A stretch of 64,000 bases of DNA from a virus. Below, piece by piece: positions 48,214 through 57,722 of this stretch. The notes beneath the pieces were generated by a model that was not told the DNA's origin, did no database searches, and worked only from the letters and a program-made list of their open reading frames with translations. Every line of letters starts with the position of its first letter. Positions within the stretch are counted from its first letter, which is position 1. Location: the IMG/VR virus record IMGVR_UViG_3300029429_000001, positions 1-64,000 of that record. One strand, 5' to 3'. A program made the position numbers and the translations under genes.

Positions 48214-48519
48214 TCAAGCTTTAACCGTCAATATCTCATCTGAGATGCCATCTAATACAGCCTGGCCCAGGTCGGTTATACGGTACTTCTTTGCTACCCG
48301 GCCCCTACCGCCTACAGGTGGCGTGCCGGTCTCTAAAATTTCCTCAAACTTTAACAGCCTTTTAAAAGCGTCGTCGCGAGATTCCCTACTCATACCTGCA
48401 TTAGATAGCCGCTTTGTTATTGCCGATAGATTACACTCGGCATCCATTAACATGTACAGAATGTTAAAATCTACTTTGTTTACAGGCTTTTTTGGATTTC
48501 GCTTTGCTTTAGAAACCAA
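48214..48519 (-). CDS. Winged-helix regulator (divergent from rec operon)
   Basis: GRGRVAKKYRITDLG wing motif. Confidence 0.65.
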   Translation of the reverse strand: MVSKAKRNPKKPVNKVDFNILYMLMDAECNLSAITKRLSNAGMSRESRDDAFKRLLKFEEILETGTPPVGGRGRVAKKYRITDLGQAVLDGISDEILTVKA

Positions 48520-48710
48520 TTTCCGCCCCCTTATACTGGTGAGTGAAAAGCAAGGTAGTTGCTTTTCCTGGCGGCAATTCTACCAGAAAGAAATAAGAAA
48601 GAAATAAGAAAGAAACAAGAAAAAACACAGGATTAATACTTGATATGCGTGCGACCCTAGATTAGGATTCGCATATTCGGATTAACGGACGAATAACAAA
48701 ATAGGACAAA

Positions 48711-49874
48711 ATGATGACTATTGAATACCCCCAGGCCTCAATCTCTGAGGTGTGCACCAGGTTCACAGATCTTGGCATTGAGATTAAACCCGCTTACCGC
48801 TTTGCCGGTGGCCGCCCTCTTCCCAATTGGCTTAACAATGAAGGCCGCGCAATTCCAGGTATTTACTACGGCCTACCTAATGACTCCTATCACAAGATTG
48901 AAGGCCTGAGCTCATCAATGCTCAAGACGTTCGTGCTGGATTCAGAGGCGCACTATGATGCCAAGTACAACAAGCCAGATATCTATCATCTAAACCAGGA
49001 TGAAAAGCGCCCGGACCATTTCACGGCAGGTGATCTTATTCACGCCCTTATTCTGGAGCCCTGGAGCGTCTTAAAACGCTATTACCGTGATCACACTAAA
49101 TCAGAATTCCCTGGTGCCCTGGTTACTGACCCGCAAATAAAAGCAGCATTAAAGGAGGCCGGCGAACCACAAACAATAGGCGGCGAGAAAAAAGCCGATC
49201 GCATTGCACGCCTAATGGATATCAATCCAGATACGGTTGTATGGGATTGGGAGCTGCAAAAGCTGGCGGATGCCAACGAGGGTAAAACCGCTATTAAGGG
49301 CGGTATATGGGATTGCGCCCACCTGGCTTACAAAGCATTCCTGGAACGCCAGGAGGCTACCGATTGGATCGATCACGCTAATGGCCTGTCTGAGCTATCC
49401 ATAATCGCAGAGTGCCCACACACAGGCATGATAGTGCGCTGCCGTCCTGACTTTACTCTTTTGCTACCGGTCATGGATAACCTCAGGTATCCGCCTTTAA
49501 TGGTTGACGTTAAGAGTGCCAACTCAGCTAGCCCGGAAAAATTCGCACGCTCCATTGGCGATTTTGGCTATCACCTGCAGCAGGCTTTTTATGAATACGT
49601 TTTTAAGCTGGCCACTGGTACCGCTCCTTTTGATTTTGGTTTTGTGGTGGCTGAATTTGAAAAGGCCTCGATTGTCGAGACCATAAAAATAGACAAGGCC
49701 ACCATGAAACTTACCAGGGCCAGTCTTATTCCTGCGCTTAAAAAATTAAAGCACTGCTACGACGTTAATCAATGGGCAGGCTATACATCCGGAGGCGTAA
49801 CAGAATTAAGCGTCGCACCATGGGCATTAAAACGCTTACCGGTAGATATGACTGAGCTAGAGGCCGTGGCATGA
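48711..49874 (+). CDS. RecE/ExoVIII-like PD-(D/E)XK exonuclease
   Basis: PGIY..ND.YH...SSS.LK, RCRPD, VDVKS, YHLQQAFY. Confidence 0.88.
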   Translation: MMTIEYPQASISEVCTRFTDLGIEIKPAYRFAGGRPLPNWLNNEGRAIPGIYYGLPNDSYHKIEGLSSSMLKTFVLDSEAHYDAKYNKPDIYHLNQDEKRPDHFTAGDLIHALILEPWSVLKRYYRDHTKSEFPGALVTDPQIKAALKEAGEPQTIGGEKKADRIARLMDINPDTVVWDWELQKLADANEGKTAIKGGIWDCAHLAYKAFLERQEATDWIDHANGLSELSIIAECPHTGMIVRCRPDFTLLLPVMDNLRYPPLMVDVKSANSASPEKFARSIGDFGYHLQQAFYEYVFKLATGTAPFDFGFVVAEFEKASIVETIKIDKATMKLTRASLIPALKKLKHCYDVNQWAGYTSGGVTELSVAPWALKRLPVDMTELEAVA

Positions 49875-50830
49875 GTTATATGCAGCCGGCCGTCATAACC
49901 AAGGAAGTAGCTGAGCAAAACATACTTACTTCATTTCAGACGATCGATAATGCCAAGGGACAATTTGAGCTGGTGGCTAATGCTTATGGCCAAATGGCTT
50001 TTGCTCATGAAGCTGAATTCGCCAAGCAAATAATCCAGCGCTCTTATACTGGGGTACCCAACAAAGACAAGTTTTCACTTGTTTGTTGTACCCAGCAAAG
50101 CATCTATAACGCCGTTGCCCAGGTAGCGGATCTGGGTTTAAGCCTAAACCCAAAACTGGACCACGCTTATCTATTGCCCAGGCGTAACACTCACACTGGC
50201 GACCTGGAGTGCACCCTGGAGCCGTCTTATAAAGGTTTGATCCACCTGGCAATAGAAGGCGGCGCCATTAGCCATGTGACCGCCACCGTCGTTAACAAGG
50301 CGGATGTAGACAGCGGGGCGTTTGTATATAACGGCCCCAGTGCTGAGGCTGTTTTTAAAGGTATTGATCCATTCAATCCGCCCACTGAAGCCGGTATTTA
50401 TGGCGCCATCTGTACGGCTCACCTTATCGGCGGGGGAGTGATCACCACCATCATGAATAGGGCCGACATTAACCAGGCCCGAGAAGGCGCAAACAATAGT
50501 AAAGCTTGGAAAATTTGGTTTTCAGAGATGGCCATTAAATCCTGCATACGCCGGGCATCAAAGTTATGGCCAAAGCCTACCAGGGACACTCGCTTTATTG
50601 GCGCCATCGATGCCCTCAATAAATTAGATAATGCTGAGCACTTCCAAACGGCCGCTAATGAGCCGGTAATTATGCAAGACGTGACCACGCCAGCCATCGC
50701 CAGCACAAGTGATACAGCCCAGGACCGGCCGGCAGTAATGAACCTTGAGGACCTAACCAAGCGCCTAGCTCAAAATAAAAGAAACAGAGCAAACCCTGAA
50801 AAAACTATTTACGTGAACACTGCAATTTAA
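49871..50830 (+). CDS. recT: RecT single-strand annealing protein
   Basis: LGLSLNP..HAYLLPR, SYKGL, EMAIKS.IRRASKLWP. Confidence 0.9.
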   Translation: MSYMQPAVITKEVAEQNILTSFQTIDNAKGQFELVANAYGQMAFAHEAEFAKQIIQRSYTGVPNKDKFSLVCCTQQSIYNAVAQVADLGLSLNPKLDHAYLLPRRNTHTGDLECTLEPSYKGLIHLAIEGGAISHVTATVVNKADVDSGAFVYNGPSAEAVFKGIDPFNPPTEAGIYGAICTAHLIGGGVITTIMNRADINQAREGANNSKAWKIWFSEMAIKSCIRRASKLWPKPTRDTRFIGAIDALNKLDNAEHFQTAANEPVIMQDVTTPAIASTSDTAQDRPAVMNLEDLTKRLAQNKRNRANPEKTIYVNTAI

Positions 50831-50843
50831 CGGAGCGCAGACG

Positions 50844-52862
50844 ATGACATTTTTTGATCCAGAGCAATACAAAGCAGATCAGTTTTTAGTGATGACGGCA
50901 TTTAATAAAATGCTGGCCGGCACTGAAGATTTTCCCATTGAATTTACGGACCCGGACGGCAATGAAACACTGGCATACATTGGCCAGGGCAAAGCCTATC
51001 AAGCCGGCGAGCTTGCTGGTTTTTGTGCTGAGCTTAAGGCGCTGGACCCTGAAACAGGGGAGGTATTAAGCCTGCCGGTTGATTTTGTAAAGATATGCGA
51101 GGTACCCGAGGTAGCTGAGCCACCAGCCCAGGAAACAAAACAGGCAGCATCTAAAATTGCAGCTGAGCTTGTGACTGCAGCAACAAAGGCAGCGGCCGGC
51201 ACCGTCAAAATTGCAGGGGTTGACCTTACACCCGCCAGCCAACTTAAACGCCCTAAGGCGGCCGCTAAGCCCAAGATTGAACCAGTACAGCCAGAGCCAA
51301 AGAAAGCTAAGCTTGTGGCCGTAGAAGGGCAGGGGACCACCCCCAAAGCCACCCCCAAGGCTGAAGTCGCACCCTTAACGGTTAATGAGCCGCTAGTGCT
51401 GGCGGATATCCCAGCCGAGACCAATGACAGCGACACCAGGCGCATTACCAGCCTTAAAATCACTAACATCATGGGCATAGATGAAATGCTCATACCCTTA
51501 AACGGAGTGGCCACCTTTGTTGAAGGCGGGAACGGGCAGGGTAAAACGTCGGCCCTAAAAGCTGCCCAGGCGGTAATCGGAGGCGGGTACCCTGCAGAGT
51601 TAATCCGTAATGGCGCCGAATCCGGAGAGGTTGTACTGGTAATGGATGATAAATCCACCGTGCGCAAACTCATCTCTCACAAGAAAAGCAGCACCACCAT
51701 CGTTAAAGATGAAGCCGGCAAAAAAATAAACGCTCCTCAGAAATTCCTAAACACGTTATTCGATAGCGTCGCCGTGGACCCGCGGGCGTTTCTTGATTCC
51801 AATGCTAAAAAGCAAGTACAGCTAATGCTCGAAGCCTCGCCTATGAGCCTGACTGTAGAGCAAGCTGCCCAGGTAGCCGAAGTGGCGCCAGAGGTGGATC
51901 TGACAGAGCACCCACTCTACGCCCTGGATTCAGCAATCAAATATATCAATGCCGATCGCACCCAAACCAATGCTGACATTCGATCCCAGGAAGCTTTTAG
52001 AGGCCGGATTAAAGATGGCCTAGCAGAACAAGAGGGCGATACCACTAAGGACCTGGACGGCCTAAACGAGAGTTTGGCCACAGAAAAAGACAAACTAAAT
52101 AAGGTCCACCAGGTTTGCAATGATGATACCAATACCATCAGAGAGGAAGCGGATAAAAACAAGCATGAAATCAGCCTGGAAAACGCCGATGAAATCGAAA
52201 AGCTACAGGACAATAAACGCGAGCTCGAGCAAGAAATAGAATCACTCCAGCAAAGAGCGGCCAACCTGGCTCAAGAGGCGGCGCTCATTCAGGCTAAGTG
52301 CGATAGCAAGGCTAATGAAAATATCCCTCGCCTGGAAGCGATCACGGCCAAAATGGGAACCGACATATCAAACCGCAACGCTGCCGCCATGGTCGAGCAA
52401 AATTCCCTAGAAAATGAAATTGCAGCTATTGAGCGTAACATTCATAACTACAGCCACTATCAACGTAGCCTGGATAATATCGCCGGATATGACGCAGAAA
52501 TTAAGGAATCAAAGGACCTTAAAAATAGCCTGGATAGCCACCTGGAATTGATCCAAAAGATTAAATCAGAGATCTTAAAATCCATCCCCATAGACGGCCT
52601 GGAAGTGACTGAAGAGGGCATATTCCATGGGGGCGTTAAATTCTCTCTACTCAATACAGCCATGAAAGCCAACATCGCGATCAAGGTGGCCGTCATGCGC
52701 CTGGACCAAAACCCGGACGCTGTACGCCTGGTAATAGTGGACGGTCTCGAGTCGATGGATAGCGGTACCATTCACGCACTCATTGACGCTGCAGCCCATC
52801 AAAATGTACAGATATTCGGTGCCAGGACCACAGACAACGAACTAGCCATAACCCACCACTAA
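50844..52862 (+). CDS. SMC/Rad50-like AAA ATPase with coiled coil
   Basis: Walker A GGNGQGKTS, long heptad region, Walker B LVIVDGLE; ~190-aa N-terminal extension. Confidence 0.8.
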   Translation: MTFFDPEQYKADQFLVMTAFNKMLAGTEDFPIEFTDPDGNETLAYIGQGKAYQAGELAGFCAELKALDPETGEVLSLPVDFVKICEVPEVAEPPAQETKQAASKIAAELVTAATKAAAGTVKIAGVDLTPASQLKRPKAAAKPKIEPVQPEPKKAKLVAVEGQGTTPKATPKAEVAPLTVNEPLVLADIPAETNDSDTRRITSLKITNIMGIDEMLIPLNGVATFVEGGNGQGKTSALKAAQAVIGGGYPAELIRNGAESGEVVLVMDDKSTVRKLISHKKSSTTIVKDEAGKKINAPQKFLNTLFDSVAVDPRAFLDSNAKKQVQLMLEASPMSLTVEQAAQVAEVAPEVDLTEHPLYALDSAIKYINADRTQTNADIRSQEAFRGRIKDGLAEQEGDTTKDLDGLNESLATEKDKLNKVHQVCNDDTNTIREEADKNKHEISLENADEIEKLQDNKRELEQEIESLQQRAANLAQEAALIQAKCDSKANENIPRLEAITAKMGTDISNRNAAAMVEQNSLENEIAAIERNIHNYSHYQRSLDNIAGYDAEIKESKDLKNSLDSHLELIQKIKSEILKSIPIDGLEVTEEGIFHGGVKFSLLNTAMKANIAIKVAVMRLDQNPDAVRLVIVDGLESMDSGTIHALIDAAAHQNVQIFGARTTDNELAITHH

Positions 52863-52922
52863 ATACTAATAAAGTATCATTTCGGTATCTTTTCAATACT
52901 TATATAGGGTTGAATAGATATC
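52862..52922. repeat. 11-bp-periodic RRTAYY array 2
   Basis: Units at 52862, 52873, 52884, 52895, 52917. Confidence 0.75.
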
Positions 52923-52998
52923 GAATTGGGGCTTTTACCCTTCTATTTTTCTCCCGTTGCTGTTACCGTTCGCAAATTACTTGATACAGGTTTCCAGC

Positions 52999-53328
52999 AT
53001 GAGCCAAGACGAAAACACCCTACTTCCATGGGAAAGCAACACCCACGATCGCAGTTTTGATGCTGATTCAGGGAAAACGGCTAACGCCGATATTAGCCAA
53101 TATGACATTGAGTGTATTAAGATCCTATCAGCTGCAAAACAGCAAAGTCGTATATCATACATAGCCAATGCGATCAGGCAGAGCATCCAAGCTGATGTGG
53201 ACGCACTGATTGAAAAAATCGGCATGGATGGCGTTAGACGGCATTACTCTCAAATATTGCTTAAAGAAGAAGAAAAACAGGAAAAAAAAGTAGCCAGGGC
53301 CAAAAAGAAAGCCCAGCAGCAACAATAA
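52999..53328 (+). CDS. Putative ribbon-helix-helix DNA-binding protein
   Basis: KTANADIS (strand) QYDIECIKILSAAK (helix) QQSRISYIANAIRQSI (helix). Confidence 0.6.
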   Translation: MSQDENTLLPWESNTHDRSFDADSGKTANADISQYDIECIKILSAAKQQSRISYIANAIRQSIQADVDALIEKIGMDGVRRHYSQILLKEEEKQEKKVARAKKKAQQQQ

Positions 53329-53344
53329 AAAATAAGGGAGCGTC

Positions 53345-54421
53345 ATGACTTATCTAATGCATAGACTTGCAAGCCTAATGACCGTTGCTGGATTGGGTCT
53401 TTGCCTATTCTCGCTATCGCTCTCTGCAATTGTATTCAGCTCAATTAGTAACGAACTCCACTACAAAATTATCTATAGCGGTTCAGCGATTTTGCTGGAG
53501 ATCATAAAGTTCGGCCTAGTCCCCTTTACCTTGTATTTTTATTTTAAAGGCAAGAAAATCGTCGCTGGATTTATTGCGATTGGCTTTATTTGCCTAATGG
53601 CTGTTTCGGTTATTGCCAGCATCGCCGGCCTTAATAAAGGCAGCAATAACATGGATAAAGGGTATCAAGAGGCTATAGCCGCTAAGGCAAGTATCACCGC
53701 CAAGATTACCAGACTGGAAGGCATGATCGACTCGCGAGACAAAGAAATTCTGTTTTACCAGGGCGAGGAAAGGATCAAGTCCGAGGTGGTATCGCGCCGA
53801 GCGGCAAACACCCAAGACTTAGCCGAGATTGACAACTTAATTATAGATCGGGCGGCCATCGTTGTTCCGGATCGGTCAGCCCTACTCCAAGGCATAGATG
53901 CCGTAAGCTCAATGATTAATGTCGAATCCACAGGAGATAGCAAGGCCATAGTGTATGCCGCATTCTCAGCGATTATAGAAATATTTGGTGCTTTAGCGCT
54001 GGCGGTTGGAGAAATTATATTCGCAGCCCGAAAAGAAGAAAAAACCGTCGCAGAAAAAAGGGCCTCAGTCGAGGCCGTTGCTGCAGATGAACGCCGTTAT
54101 TCTCATGAGAAAGAACTGGCACACATTGATAAAGAAAAGGCGGTTGCCATAGCCACAGGTTCAGCAACTCGATCACTAACAGCCACCAGCTCACCAACAG
54201 CCACCAGTTCAGCGCCCACTAAAAAGAAAGCCCAGGTAATCCCCCTGGTAGTTCCTGAGGCACCACCGGAGGTCAAGGGACCTGCAGATAAGATCATAGC
54301 CGAGATAAAACTGGCTATTGAAGAATTCAGAGTAAGCAACCCACCAAAAGCTAGAGAGATAAGCGCCCTAGGGTATCCTTCATCCGTGGCAAGGCAAGCC
54401 GAGCGTTATTTCCAGGGCTAA
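53345..54421 (+). CDS. Membrane protein (3 TM + coiled coil + TM + soluble tail)
   Basis: Hydropathy pattern; GGGAG RBS. Confidence 0.7.
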   Translation: MTYLMHRLASLMTVAGLGLCLFSLSLSAIVFSSISNELHYKIIYSGSAILLEIIKFGLVPFTLYFYFKGKKIVAGFIAIGFICLMAVSVIASIAGLNKGSNNMDKGYQEAIAAKASITAKITRLEGMIDSRDKEILFYQGEERIKSEVVSRRAANTQDLAEIDNLIIDRAAIVVPDRSALLQGIDAVSSMINVESTGDSKAIVYAAFSAIIEIFGALALAVGEIIFAARKEEKTVAEKRASVEAVAADERRYSHEKELAHIDKEKAVAIATGSATRSLTATSSPTATSSAPTKKKAQVIPLVVPEAPPEVKGPADKIIAEIKLAIEEFRVSNPPKAREISALGYPSSVARQAERYFQG

Positions 54422-54531
54422 TCACCCTGTTTTTTTTAATCCAGGTATAGACCTAATAACCCTACAAAATATGTGGGCTGCTGTGTGCACACTCTTTTTC
54501 TTTTAAGTGCGTGTTAATCAGGGGTTTTATG

Positions 54532-54559
54532 AGTATAGCTGTGCAATAAATGCACACAA
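54532..54559 (-). promoter_or_regulatory. Leftward promoter TTGTGT-16-TATACT with operator (54540-54556)
   Basis: Perfect operator between convergent genes. Confidence 0.6.
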
Positions 54560-54562
54560 GAT

Positions 54563-54592
54563 AAAAAAGGGTCTTTATTAGACCCTTTTTTT
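54563..54592. terminator. Bidirectional terminator
   Basis: AAAAAAGGGTCT-TTATT-AGACCCTTTTTT. Confidence 0.85.
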
Positions 54593-54598
54593 ATTTGC

Positions 54599-55627
54599 TT
54601 ATGAGAATTGATTGCTACGCATGTTGGTGCGCTTGTTAAACAGGGCAGGGGAGCTGGCAACCGGCGCCTTACCATTTGCGTCATCAAGGATCACCTCGGG
54701 AGCATCCGCTTCAAACTTAGCGCGTTTAACGCCAGCCTTTTGGATGGTAACGAATAGTCCAGCCATGGCAGTAGGGCAGCCATCCAGGATTAAATCCTTA
54801 GTTTCCTGGTCCAGTCCACCCACACCCAGAGTATTCTCAACGCTATCAAGGATCTGCTGGCGTAAACCTTTTTCCTTTTCAATGGCGCTTTCAAGTACTG
54901 CGATCGCTTCAACCTTTTGAGTTAGCTCATCACGGGCACTGGCGAACTCACGTTCAACACCATCCAGTACAGCCTGGCCAAAAGCGGCAGCCTCTAATTC
55001 AGACTTGTAGGCCTCAGCTTCTTCGATGGCCTGGCCCTGGAACTGGAGTAGGGTAGCAGCACTGTCATCAGAGTTAAGGCCGGCAGCCATTAGGCTATCC
55101 AGGATAAGTTTATCCTGCTCACCATCGGCATCATCCAGGATGTAGCCGCGATTTTCGGCAAACAACGGGTTACGAACATAATCAAAGCCCTTGAAGGAAT
55201 CCAGGATGGTATTCATCCCCTTTTTACCACCGCCACAAGCCCAGCTAAAGCCGCCTACCTTAGAATTGTGCATACCCAAGGCCTTCTTGCCTTCGTCGTT
55301 ATCAAGGATCTGCTGGATGTGTCTCAGGTTGCCCATGGAGTCCAGCTCCAGGGTAGTGGTCACGTTAGACGGTACCGCATCAAAAACACCAACGGCGCCG
55401 CCAACTTTAACTAGGCTCTTTTCTTCAGGATCGAGACCGATAAATTTACGGACACCATGGCCAAAATAACCAACGATTTCGCGCAATTTCAGGCTTTCTT
55501 GCACCTGGTTACTATCAAGGACACGGCGTACATTATCTAAAATGTAATTCCGTTTCTGGCCGGTAAACTGGCGGCCACTATCCAAAATATTAAATTTACA
55601 GTCGATCTCATGCAGTACGGTAGCCAT
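54599..55627 (-). CDS. pro: Prohead protease (P1 Pro-like)
   Basis: GRQFTG..RNY, GYFGHG.R, PSNVT, H.Q.IL, GGFSWA, GFDYV; follows portal. Confidence 0.88.
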   Translation of the reverse strand: MATVLHEIDCKFNILDSGRQFTGQKRNYILDNVRRVLDSNQVQESLKLREIVGYFGHGVRKFIGLDPEEKSLVKVGGAVGVFDAVPSNVTTTLELDSMGNLRHIQQILDNDEGKKALGMHNSKVGGFSWACGGGKKGMNTILDSFKGFDYVRNPLFAENRGYILDDADGEQDKLILDSLMAAGLNSDDSAATLLQFQGQAIEEAEAYKSELEAAAFGQAVLDGVEREFASARDELTQKVEAIAVLESAIEKEKGLRQQILDSVENTLGVGGLDQETKDLILDGCPTAMAGLFVTIQKAGVKRAKFEADAPEVILDDANGKAPVASSPALFNKRTNMRSNQFS

Positions 55628-57333
55628 TAGGCCTCCTCATTTTCTTCGGGTAGGATCTCGGAAAGAATGCCGTATACAGCACTCCTCAAGTGGGGGTCTT
55701 GCTGTGTAAAGGGGGTAGTCGCGGAATCAAAGATAGGCGGCTTGGCTGGGGCGGCAGGGGGGCCACCAGGGGCACCATCACCACCACCATCGCCGGCAGG
55801 TGCACCCTTAGACTTAACGGCCTTATATTCTTCTTCAGTCATGCCCAGGCGCGTCACCAATATATGGCGAACGTATGCGCCCCGGTCCACTTCCTGCCAC
55901 TCAGGGTCCATGGTTTGAACAACTGTAATTTCCATGGTGGCGGAATTTAGTTTCGACTCGAACGCGGCCTGCTCTTCACGTTCAACTGCAGTGGCCGTGC
56001 TATTAAATACAATTTTCCAGGGGAGCTCACCTGGATAGACCTTGCCGGTTTTCTTAAATAAATGGAGCTCAGCTAGCTCGTTCATTGTGTCTGCAGCAAC
56101 AGAGCGAACCGAGTTTGCATAGGCGCCGGCCATTAAGGAGACTTGAAAAAATCCGCCGTCGCCTAATCCGCCAGACAAGTCTTCAGTAAAACCAAATAAA
56201 GCTTTGTCGATTCCCAGAGACGCGGCCAACAAAGACACACGAAAATGCATATCCTCGATGTGCGCAATATCAACAGGGTTAACTTCGGTTTGAATTCCGA
56301 TCTCGCCAGTAACGGGAATAATCACGTTTTCTACACTGGTCCTGGCGCCGGTCTCGTATTCTTTACGCTTGCGCTTGGATTTTTTGGAGCGGAATAGATT
56401 TACTACCTGGCCATAGTATTTAGCGGCTGCAGTGGGCGTCTGGTTCCCCGTGTTAACAGTGATAAAACGCTCTTTGCGGCCTGCTTTCTCCCTGGCGATA
56501 TCCAGCGATCGCATTGCCTTGCGTAATGATATGTACGGCTCATAAACCGTCTCAAATAGGGACCGGCCATAATTCTGGCTTTCGATTGGGTCCTCGTTAT
56601 CCGTGTCATCAGAGCGGATATCGAAGCGTAATTTATCCTTCCAAACTGGCTCCAGTTTTTGGTCTATATCCAGGGATTCCATCTTAAAAGCGATGAATTT
56701 CCAGGGCTCAAAAAGCTGATAGGTGCCATTACTATGGGTTTCAATATCTGTTTTATGCAGATAGCCCACGGTATTGCCGGCCACTTCATATTCTTTTATC
56801 TGGCTGGGGTTGGTATAGAAGTCATTGCGAATAGAAGTGATACCAATGCCGTCTGTAACATTGGGGCGCACATAGCAGACACCGTTTTTAATTGCGGCAT
56901 ACATCCACTTACGAATATTTTTGTTAAATAGTTGCTGCAGGTCTTCACGGAGAATTTTAGCCTCGGGCGTTTCCTTTTCGCCAATAGACTCAAACCTTAG
57001 GATTTCGCCACTCTCAGTCTTAGGCGCCAGGGCGTTATTGAGGTGGTGATTTAAGGCTGTATCAATGATGGGATCTTTCGCCATCATATCGTAGCAGTGG
57101 TACCGGTCCAGGCGATTGTCTGGCAGTAGATACTCGCTAGACAGGTACTCATCAACATCAAAAATGTCTTGAGATACGTTCCGGAATAGTTCGTTTAATA
57201 CATGGTGGGTATTGAAGCCATCGAACGGGGGCAGCTCAGAGGATGCCTGTGACAGGTCCACATCCTTACCAAACCCGTAGCGCCCCCAGAGGGCCTTAGC
57301 CTTACTTGCTTTCTTTTTTTCAGCCATGACCAC
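55627..57333 (-). CDS. prt: Portal protein (P1 Prt-like)
   Basis: LPDNRLDRY..MAKDP.I, ESQNYGRSL, LSGGLGDGGF. Confidence 0.9.
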   Translation of the reverse strand: MVMAEKKKASKAKALWGRYGFGKDVDLSQASSELPPFDGFNTHHVLNELFRNVSQDIFDVDEYLSSEYLLPDNRLDRYHCYDMMAKDPIIDTALNHHLNNALAPKTESGEILRFESIGEKETPEAKILREDLQQLFNKNIRKWMYAAIKNGVCYVRPNVTDGIGITSIRNDFYTNPSQIKEYEVAGNTVGYLHKTDIETHSNGTYQLFEPWKFIAFKMESLDIDQKLEPVWKDKLRFDIRSDDTDNEDPIESQNYGRSLFETVYEPYISLRKAMRSLDIAREKAGRKERFITVNTGNQTPTAAAKYYGQVVNLFRSKKSKRKRKEYETGARTSVENVIIPVTGEIGIQTEVNPVDIAHIEDMHFRVSLLAASLGIDKALFGFTEDLSGGLGDGGFFQVSLMAGAYANSVRSVAADTMNELAELHLFKKTGKVYPGELPWKIVFNSTATAVEREEQAAFESKLNSATMEITVVQTMDPEWQEVDRGAYVRHILVTRLGMTEEEYKAVKSKGAPAGDGGGDGAPGGPPAAPAKPPIFDSATTPFTQQDPHLRSAVYGILSEILPEENEEA

Positions 57334-57356
57334 ACAACTTAATAATAATGCCGGCC

Positions 57357-57406
57357 AGTCTATGGGGTCAGAGGGGAGGGTTTTGTGCCGTCGAATGTGT
57401 GTTATT
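57357..57406 (-). promoter_or_regulatory. Late promoter (portal/protease): AATAACACACATTCG-N29-TAGACT
   Basis: Shared box plus fixed spacing. Confidence 0.75.
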
Positions 57407-57722
57407 GCCCTGGCTGGATTTTTACGTTTTATAGACTAAGCTTTTAGTAGTGACCATTGATTAAGGGAGGTTATAGGGGCGTTTTTTCAGTCGTTGGGGG
57501 ATTGCGGGATAGGGCCGTGCTCCAGAGGCGTAGAATTGCCCCTGGAAGGGTATATCTATTCAATCGATCAATACCCTCCCCTATACATGAATTTCCGATA
57601 AATATCTATACCGGAAATTCAAATTATCGGGATAATAGGGGGGTTGGGTTTGTTTCAGGCATAAAAAAACCGGCACTTGGCCGGTCATTAATCGAACTAT
57701 TAGGAATTACCGAATAGTTGAA

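Noticed and set aside
48586-48625. AGAAAGAAATA tandem repeats as a system
   Set aside because: Low-complexity tract in a divergent promoter region; may be an operator but unsupported
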